A DNA stretch of 64,000 bases from Bacteroidales bacterium (lineage in GTDB: Bacteria > Bacteroidota > Bacteroidia > Bacteroidales > VadinHA17), in the NCBI GenBank assembly GCA_049294075.1, contig JBAQCK010000138.1, positions 38,361 through 102,360 on the forward strand, written 5' to 3'. Both the position numbers and the translations under genes were made by a program. Below, in pieces: positions 54,606-61,663 of the stretch (position 1 is the stretch's first letter; the number at the start of each line of letters is the position of its first letter). The notes beneath the pieces were generated by a model, which had not been told where the DNA came from, ran no database searches, and saw only the letters and a program-made list of their open reading frames with translations.

Positions 54606-55526
54606 ATGGCAGGACTGATAATGATATTGATATCGGCCATGTTCTTCCCGGGAATGATACTCCGGACCAGGAGCATCGCATCAGGGCGCAAGGGACCCGG
54701 TATCCTTCAGCCTTTGAGAGATGCCGGAGTCCTGGTAAGGAAAGGGAGCGTATTCAGCACGACGACGGGTATTATTTTCCAGGTTGCACCTGTGGTTTCG
54801 CTTTCTTCAGTCATCTGCGCGATACTGGTGGTGCCTTTTGGACATCAGGAGGCGCTTATTCACTTCGAAGGGGACTTTGTATTTTTTGCGTATATCCTGG
54901 CCCTGGGACGTTTTTTCATGATAATTGCCGCTCTCGACACAGGTAGCAGCTTTGAAGGAATGGGAGCAAGCCGCGAAGCCTTTTTTTCAATGCTTATCGA
55001 ACCCGCATTCTTTATCCTTATGGCTACCTTCTCGATGTTTACAGGACTCGTTTCCTTTTCGGATATCTTCAGCCATTTCTTCATTACCGGTAATCATTAT
55101 GTACTTATATTCAGCATTATAGGTTTTTATTTATTCATACAGACCGCTTTGATCGAAAACAGCCGGCTTCCTGTCGATGATCCCAAAACCCATCTGGAGC
55201 TGACAATGATTCATGAAGTGATGATCCTCGATTACAGCGGCTTCGACAAGGCGCTTATCCATATTACTACATGGCTCAAATTTGCTGCATACGGATCGCT
55301 CATGTATAATGTTATAGTGCCGGCGGGATGGAATATATTCCTTCAGATTGCACTCTTCATTGCCGTTCAGGCTTTGTTTGCGATTATTGTAGGATTTCTC
55401 GAATCATTCAGGGCAAGAAACAAGATGAACAAGAATCCCAAGTTCATATTAACGATTTCGGCAATTGCCCTTCTTGCCTTTGTGGTTATACTGATATTGA
55501 ACCTGAATATGAATAGTAATTTTTAG
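54606..55526 (+). CDS. HyfC/HycD/NuoH-like membrane subunit
   Basis: RTRSIASGRKGPGILQPLRD N-terminal loop and 8 TM segments. Confidence 0.8.
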   Translation: MAGLIMILISAMFFPGMILRTRSIASGRKGPGILQPLRDAGVLVRKGSVFSTTTGIIFQVAPVVSLSSVICAILVVPFGHQEALIHFEGDFVFFAYILALGRFFMIIAALDTGSSFEGMGASREAFFSMLIEPAFFILMATFSMFTGLVSFSDIFSHFFITGNHYVLIFSIIGFYLFIQTALIENSRLPVDDPKTHLELTMIHEVMILDYSGFDKALIHITTWLKFAAYGSLMYNVIVPAGWNIFLQIALFIAVQALFAIIVGFLESFRARNKMNKNPKFILTISAIALLAFVVILILNLNMNSNF

Positions 55527-55532
55527 CAAGCG

Positions 55533-56147
55533 ATGGAGATTTACCTTATAGTGTTATTTGCGATAACACTCGTATATTTTGCTTCAGCCGAACGACTGGT
55601 GACCTACATACGGCTCATCGGCATTCAGGGTCTGCTTTTGTGCGGGATCGCCATATTTGAACTTACCGAGGTGAACACCGTAAACCTGATATTCATTATT
55701 GCAGAGACTATCATAATAAAGGCAACAGTGATACCTTACCTTCTTAAACGCATCACAACGGAATCAGGTGTAACCAAAGTTCACAGGCAGGCAATGCCCG
55801 GATTTTATCTTATCATACTGTCGGTTACAGCCCTGCTGGCAAGCCTTATCCTTTCTTATTCGATGAAGAACCCGTATGTGAACGTGATTTACATGACGAT
55901 TGCACTGTTCAGCCTTTTTACAGGGCTACTGATGATTGTAACCCACAGGCTGATCATTTCCCATCTTACCGGCTTTCTTATAATTGAGAATGCTGTTTTC
56001 GTTTTTTCGATTGCTGTTGGAAATGAAATGCCGATGCTTATAAATATCGGAATTCTCCTTGATATTTTTGTCGGGGTTCTTATTCTTGGCTTTTTCGGAT
56101 TGCGCCTTAAACCCCACACCAACGAACTAACCCTGCTAAAGGACTGA
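55533..56147 (+). CDS. HyfE-like small membrane subunit
   Basis: 204 aa, about 6 TM segments, positioned between the NuoH-like and NuoM/N-like genes as in hyf operons. Confidence 0.65.
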   Translation: MEIYLIVLFAITLVYFASAERLVTYIRLIGIQGLLLCGIAIFELTEVNTVNLIFIIAETIIIKATVIPYLLKRITTESGVTKVHRQAMPGFYLIILSVTALLASLILSYSMKNPYVNVIYMTIALFSLFTGLLMIVTHRLIISHLTGFLIIENAVFVFSIAVGNEMPMLINIGILLDIFVGVLILGFFGLRLKPHTNELTLLKD

Positions 56148-56148
56148 C

Positions 56149-57573
56149 ATGCTGCTGTTGTTTTTTATAATATCTGTGCTTATATGTCTGTCGATGCTGC
56201 TCTTCAGAAGCAAAAACCTTACAAAAATCCTGATGGTGGGCTTCGCAATGATGCATATAGTGCTGAGCATCTACTCATTTACCAGACTCGGCAATACCGA
56301 GCTCCGATTTTTCACCTATACAGGGATAGGAGTTCTTCTTCTTTCGGTGCTTTCAATTCTGGCGGTTCCCGTTGTTTACCATGGATTTATATATACGGCC
56401 GGCGATGATACAAGGAAATTCAACATCTATCATGCTTCTCTGGTTGCCCTTATGACCTTTATGACCGGAGCTTACCTGGCAAACGGAATGACAGTGCTTT
56501 GGGCATTTGTGGAAGCAACCACTCTGGCTGTGGCATTATTGATTTATCACGACCGGACTCCGGCAGCTCTTGAAGCAACCTGGAAATATGTGTTTATCTG
56601 CTCAGCCGGAATTGCCCTTGCATACCTGGGGATTCTGTTCCTGGGATTTATCTACGGACGCGAGGATGCGGCCAGCCTTTCATTCTCATCACTTTCCACA
56701 ATAATCAACCAGGCAAATCCGATGTATCTAAGGATTGCCTTCCTGTTTGTTCTGACAGGCTTCAGCACGAAGATGGGTCTTTTCCCCATGCACACCGTTA
56801 CTATCGATGCCCATTCCGTTGCCCCTCCTCCAATTTCCGCCTTGATCTCCACCACTCTTATGAATGTGGGCTTTCTGGCGATTTTCAGGGTTTATTCCCT
56901 GTTCTCGTCTTCATCGGTTTTTCCGTTTATGAACAATGTGCTGATCTTAGCCGGACTGCTTTCAATCCTCGTCGCTTCAGGCTACATGCTTAAGGCCAAG
57001 CATCTGAAACGTATGCTGGCATATTCAAGCCTTGAGAATATGGGGTTGGTTGCAATAGCGATCGGAGTGGGAGGCATAGGGTACTATGCCGGAATATTGC
57101 TGCTTTTATTGCATTCTCTGGCTAAATCGAGCCTGTTTTTCCAGATGGGTCAGCTGTCGAGGGTGCTTCATACCTTTAAGCTGGACAATTGCGGCAGATA
57201 TATGGAACTGTATCCCGCCGGGGCGATGGTATTGCTCCTGGGAATGATCTGTATACTTGCGCTTCCGCCGTCGGGACTTTTTATTACTGAATTCCTGATC
57301 TTCAAGGGAATGGTTAGCAATGGCCAATGGGTTGTGATGATTACGGCTGTGGCGCTTTTATGCTTTGTGGTTTATGCAATGAGCACACGCTTCATGCATA
57401 TTTTATTCTCAAATCCGCGCGGTGATGCCGGACTTACGGAACCGGGTAAAGTAAACGGGATTGAGACGGTCAGCCAGTTTGTCCTTCTGGGTGTGGTGGT
57501 GCTTATGTGCTTTTATCAGCCCTCCTTCCTGTCGGAAATGATCTTTCAAAGCATCAGCCTATTGCCAAAATGA
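56149..57573 (+). CDS. HyfF/NuoM-N-like antiporter-type membrane subunit
   Basis: About 13 TM segments, with FSTKMGLFPMHTV and AYSSLENMG motifs. Confidence 0.8.
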   Translation: MLLLFFIISVLICLSMLLFRSKNLTKILMVGFAMMHIVLSIYSFTRLGNTELRFFTYTGIGVLLLSVLSILAVPVVYHGFIYTAGDDTRKFNIYHASLVALMTFMTGAYLANGMTVLWAFVEATTLAVALLIYHDRTPAALEATWKYVFICSAGIALAYLGILFLGFIYGREDAASLSFSSLSTIINQANPMYLRIAFLFVLTGFSTKMGLFPMHTVTIDAHSVAPPPISALISTTLMNVGFLAIFRVYSLFSSSSVFPFMNNVLILAGLLSILVASGYMLKAKHLKRMLAYSSLENMGLVAIAIGVGGIGYYAGILLLLLHSLAKSSLFFQMGQLSRVLHTFKLDNCGRYMELYPAGAMVLLLGMICILALPPSGLFITEFLIFKGMVSNGQWVVMITAVALLCFVVYAMSTRFMHILFSNPRGDAGLTEPGKVNGIETVSQFVLLGVVVLMCFYQPSFLSEMIFQSISLLPK

Positions 57574-57580
57574 GTAAATA

Positions 57581-59098
57581 ATGAACGAACTTTTCATAGA
57601 GATATCATCCAATCCGTTTACTGTCAGCATTGATATGATCCCGGTGCTGGAATATGAACTTTTCTGTGATCAGGCTGCCCTGATGCTTAAGGATGAATCG
57701 CAGCATTGTGTTGCCTATTATGCCGTGGAGACTCAAGGAAGCCTGAAGCTTATCTGCTGCATTGCAGATGACAGGGATCACAGTTTCAGGTTATTTTCTT
57801 CCATGCTTTCTGGCTGCAAAAGCACGGTAAGGTCACTGTCGAAGGAAGTCCCGCAGCTTCATGTATATGAACGCGAGATTCACGAGAATTACGGTGTTGT
57901 TTTTGAGGGGCATCCCTGGCTCAAGCCTGTGAGGTATCCTCACAACCGGGCATCAATGGCATCGGTTATGGACAACTATCCTTTTTACAGGATAGAAGGA
58001 GAGGAGCTTCATGAGGTTGGTGTCGGACCTGTACATGCCGGCGTGATAGAACCCGGACATTTCAGGTTCATCTGCAACGGCGAAAAGGTTCTGCATCTTG
58101 AAATACAGCTTGGTTACCAGCACAGGGGAGTGGAGCGTCTGCTGGCAGAAACCGGAAGCGGGATCAGGCGTTGTGTCCTGTGCGATAACATCGTGGGCGA
58201 TACCTCTGTCGGTTACGCACTTACATACGCCCGGGTAATTGAATCTCTGGCAGGTATCCAGCCCTCCAGGGCAATTCAGATTGAGCGTAACATCGGCCTG
58301 GAACTGGAAAGGATTGCTGTCCATATCGGCGATACGGCGGCATTGTGCGGTGATGTGGCATACCAGCTTGGTCAGGTTGTATGTGAGGCTCTGCGGACCG
58401 AAATAATAAACACCACACAGCTCTGGTGCGGCAACAGGTTTGGAAAAGGACTTGTTCGTCCGGGAGGCACAAATTATAAAATGACTTCCGAAGTTACTGA
58501 CAGGATACTTATTGTGCTTAAGGATGTTGGAGAAAGGTTTGCCACTATTTCCGACAGGATATATTCCCTTCAGAGTGTTCTGGCCCGGTTCGAGGATATT
58601 GGCCAGGTAACCCGGCAGCAGGCGCTTTTAACTGGCGCAGTAGGGATGGCAGCAAGGGCATGCGGAATCAGACGTGATATAAGATGGTCGCATCCTGACC
58701 AGTATTACCAGGATTGTTCTTTTGAGCCGGTGGTTCTCGAAACCGGGGATGTTCTTGCACGCGGGCTGCTCAGGGTTAAGGAAGTAAGTGAATCCATAAA
58801 CATTATCTCCCGACTTATAGCTGACCGGCAGAATCAGCAGGACGAGCTCTCCCTTCCTGATTACAATTGCAGTCTCAGGGCTGACAGTTTCGCACTGTCA
58901 CTTACAGAAGGCTGGAGAGGTGAGATATGCCATTCCGCAATCACTGACGGGAGCGGAAATATTGTTCATTACAAGGTAAAGGACCCGTCGTTCCATAACT
59001 GGATGGCTCTTGCTCTGGCGGTAAGAAACGAGGAGATTTCCGATTTTCCGGTCTGTAACAAGAGCTTTAACCTTAGTTACTGCGGGAATGATCTTTAG
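57581..59098 (+). CDS. fused NuoC-NuoD / HycE-like 'large subunit' lacking the canonical Ni-Fe cysteine motifs
   Basis: NuoC-like YEREIHENYGVVFEGHPWLKP. NuoD/HycE-like GPVHAGVIEPGHFRF and LGYQHRGVERL. The expected RxCGxCxxxH position reads NIVGDTSVGY, and the C-terminus reads NLSYCGNDL-stop instead of DPCxxCxxR. Confidence 0.8.
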   Translation: MNELFIEISSNPFTVSIDMIPVLEYELFCDQAALMLKDESQHCVAYYAVETQGSLKLICCIADDRDHSFRLFSSMLSGCKSTVRSLSKEVPQLHVYEREIHENYGVVFEGHPWLKPVRYPHNRASMASVMDNYPFYRIEGEELHEVGVGPVHAGVIEPGHFRFICNGEKVLHLEIQLGYQHRGVERLLAETGSGIRRCVLCDNIVGDTSVGYALTYARVIESLAGIQPSRAIQIERNIGLELERIAVHIGDTAALCGDVAYQLGQVVCEALRTEIINTTQLWCGNRFGKGLVRPGGTNYKMTSEVTDRILIVLKDVGERFATISDRIYSLQSVLARFEDIGQVTRQQALLTGAVGMAARACGIRRDIRWSHPDQYYQDCSFEPVVLETGDVLARGLLRVKEVSESINIISRLIADRQNQQDELSLPDYNCSLRADSFALSLTEGWRGEICHSAITDGSGNIVHYKVKDPSFHNWMALALAVRNEEISDFPVCNKSFNLSYCGNDL

Positions 59099-59115
59099 AT
59101 GCATATAACTGAGAG

Positions 59116-59871
59116 ATGTACAGGGAAATTAAAATATTAAAGCAGCATGGGATCCAGTATGTAAGGGACCTCCGGAATCAGCCGGTCTCTGACCTTTTCC
59201 GGGGAAGGCCGGTGATTTCAAGGGATATTACGGCCGCTGAAATCGAAAAGGTCAGTTCCCTTTGTCCGGCCGGCGCTATCGATAAGGTAAGCGGGTCAAT
59301 CGATCTGGGAAAATGTGTTTTTTGCAGAGAATGTGAATTCTGTCTGAAAGAAAAGATCCGTTTTACAAATGATTACCGGATAGCAGCCAGCAGGAGGGAG
59401 GATCTTGTAATCCGGCCGGGAACGGAGGCTCTGCTCAGGCTTGACGGGGAAGTAATAAGAAAGGAGATAAGGAAGATTTACAAGCGTTCGCTTAAGCTGA
59501 GGCAGGTATCTGCCGGTGGGGATAATTCGTGTGAGATGGAGCTCAATGCAACGGGCAATGTGAACTTCGACCTGGGGCGGTATGGGATTGAGTTTACAGC
59601 ATCGCCGCGTCATGCTGACGGGATAGTGATTACCGGACCTGTTTCAGCAAACATGGCTGCAGCACTACGACTAACATATGAAGCAGTGCCCGATCCGAAG
59701 GTGATCATCCTGGTTGGAACCGATGCGATCAGCGGAGGCATGTATGCCGGCTCACCTGCTGTTGAAAGGAGTTTTATCGAAGAACATCACATTGATCTTT
59801 ATGTTCCGGGCAACCCGGCCCATCCTTTGACTTTCATTAACGGGATTCTCGATCTTCTTGGAAAAAAATGA
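59116..59871 (+). CDS. NuoB/HycG-like 'small subunit' with N-terminal ferredoxin remnant and degenerate cluster ligands
   Basis: N-terminus has LCPAGAI...CVFCRECEFC. The NuoB core is RHADGIVITGP. The cluster motifs read GGDNSCEME, GTDAISGG and VPGNPAHP, so only 1 of 4 Cys is kept. Confidence 0.75.
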   Translation: MYREIKILKQHGIQYVRDLRNQPVSDLFRGRPVISRDITAAEIEKVSSLCPAGAIDKVSGSIDLGKCVFCRECEFCLKEKIRFTNDYRIAASRREDLVIRPGTEALLRLDGEVIRKEIRKIYKRSLKLRQVSAGGDNSCEMELNATGNVNFDLGRYGIEFTASPRHADGIVITGPVSANMAAALRLTYEAVPDPKVIILVGTDAISGGMYAGSPAVERSFIEEHHIDLYVPGNPAHPLTFINGILDLLGKK

Positions 59872-59921
59872 CAGAAAAGGCAGAAAAATTTGCCTGCAAC
59901 TGTATCTGATGTATTATTGAA

Positions 59922-61613
59922 TCAATACCCGGCGGCCTGTCCGTCCTTCCTGGACTCCGAGGCCCCGTACCAGACCATGTTTTTCTCATCCCACATGATA
60001 GCCTGATAACCCCCGTAGGAGCCCAGGTTCCACTGGACATTATGGCCCATTGAAAGAAGCTGCCTGATTTCTTCCCAGCGTACCCCGCTTTCGAGGTAAA
60101 GAATGCCGCCGTCGGTCATCACCTGGCCTGTTGGTTCTGACGATCCGGTATGGTATATCCTGGGTGCATCACCGGCTTCCTGGAGGTTCATTTTGAAATC
60201 CACCAGGTTCACTATCACCTGGACATGTCCCTGGGGCTGCATATCGCCGCCCATAACACCAAAGCTGATATAAGGCTTTCCGTTTTTGGTGATGAAGCCG
60301 GGTATGATTGTGTGAAACGGCCTTTTCCCGGGGGCATATGCATTGGCATGGCCCGGATCGAGGCTGAACATTTCACCTCTGTCCTGGAGGATAAAGCCCA
60401 GTCCGGTGGGGCACATTCCTGAACCCATTCCTCGGTAGTTGCTCTGGATGAGTGAAACCATGTTGCCATATCTGTCGGCAACTGTAAGATAAATTGTATT
60501 GCCTGCTTCAATTTTTCCCGCGCTGACCACGTTGGCGGCCTTTGCCGGATTGATATGCTTCCTCCGTTCAGCAGCATATTTCTTCGAAATGAGCTGTGCA
60601 ACCGGTACCTTGCTGTACCTGAGGTCGGCATAGAATTTAGCCCTGTCCTCGAATGCCAGTTTTTTTGCTTCAGTGAAAGTATGGATATACTGGGCTGATC
60701 CGAATCCCATCCTGGCAATGTCGAAGCCTTCGAGGATATTAAGCATCTGGATGGTAGCTATGCCTTGTCCGTTAGGGGGAAGCTCCCAGATGTCGTAACC
60801 CCTGTAGGAAGAACTGACAGGCTCGATCCATTCCGAATTGTGTCTCGACAGATCGTCAAATGTAAGGAATCCGCCATGCGACTTCATGAAAGCATCTATA
60901 GCTTTGGCAATGCTACCGCGGTAAAATTCGTTTCTCCCGCCTTTTGCTATCTTGTCGAGGGTGTTGGCAAGATCAGGATTTCTGAAGATCTCGCCCTTTC
61001 CTGGAACTTTTCCGTTAGGCATGTAGGTTTCCTTTATATTAGGGAACCCACTCAAAGCCTTGACATTGCTTTCAAGATAATAGGCTATGACCTCGGTAAC
61101 AGGGAAACCGTTTCTGGCATAATTAATGGCGGGCTGAAGAATATCACGCATTGGAATCCGTCCGAATAATTCATGCATTTCAAACCAGCCGTCAACGCAT
61201 CCGGGAACACTAACTGGAAGAGGGCCGGTAGAGGGTATGAACTGGAGACCCTGTTTCTTGAAATATTCCATTTTTAGAGATCTCGGCGATCTTCCGCTTG
61301 CATTGAGTCCGTATAATTTTTGTTTTTCGGCGCTCCAGATTATTGCAAACAAGTCTCCCCCGATACCGCAACCGGTAGGTTCCACCACTCCAAGCACTGC
61401 ATTGGCTGCAATGGCCGCATCAATTGCATTTCCTCCCTTCTTGAGGATGTCCAGGGCAGCCTGGGTAGCAAGAGGCTGGCTGGTTGCCGCCATCCCGTTC
61501 TGGGCAATTACTTCCGAACGTGTTGCAAAGTCTCTGCCTGTAACCCTGTCCTGAGCCACTATAAGTAACGGTATAAGAAAAAACACCGACGCGATCAATA
61601 TCTTTTTATTCAT
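59922..61613 (-). CDS. ggt: gamma-glutamyltransferase
   Basis: Signal peptide and the autoprocessing Thr context (AGNTIYLTVADRYGN). 563 aa. Confidence 0.9.
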   Translation of the reverse strand: MNKKILIASVFFLIPLLIVAQDRVTGRDFATRSEVIAQNGMAATSQPLATQAALDILKKGGNAIDAAIAANAVLGVVEPTGCGIGGDLFAIIWSAEKQKLYGLNASGRSPRSLKMEYFKKQGLQFIPSTGPLPVSVPGCVDGWFEMHELFGRIPMRDILQPAINYARNGFPVTEVIAYYLESNVKALSGFPNIKETYMPNGKVPGKGEIFRNPDLANTLDKIAKGGRNEFYRGSIAKAIDAFMKSHGGFLTFDDLSRHNSEWIEPVSSSYRGYDIWELPPNGQGIATIQMLNILEGFDIARMGFGSAQYIHTFTEAKKLAFEDRAKFYADLRYSKVPVAQLISKKYAAERRKHINPAKAANVVSAGKIEAGNTIYLTVADRYGNMVSLIQSNYRGMGSGMCPTGLGFILQDRGEMFSLDPGHANAYAPGKRPFHTIIPGFITKNGKPYISFGVMGGDMQPQGHVQVIVNLVDFKMNLQEAGDAPRIYHTGSSEPTGQVMTDGGILYLESGVRWEEIRQLLSMGHNVQWNLGSYGGYQAIMWDEKNMVWYGASESRKDGQAAGY

Positions 61614-61637
61614 TTAATTACAGTTTGAGAACTTTTA

Positions 61638-61645
61638 CAAAGTTA
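61638..61645 (-). promoter_or_regulatory. candidate -7 box (TAACTTTG) for ggt
   Basis: Perfect TAnnTTTG match on the minus strand, 24 nt upstream of the ggt ATG. Confidence 0.4.
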
Positions 61646-61663
61646 ACAAACTAACGCGACAAA

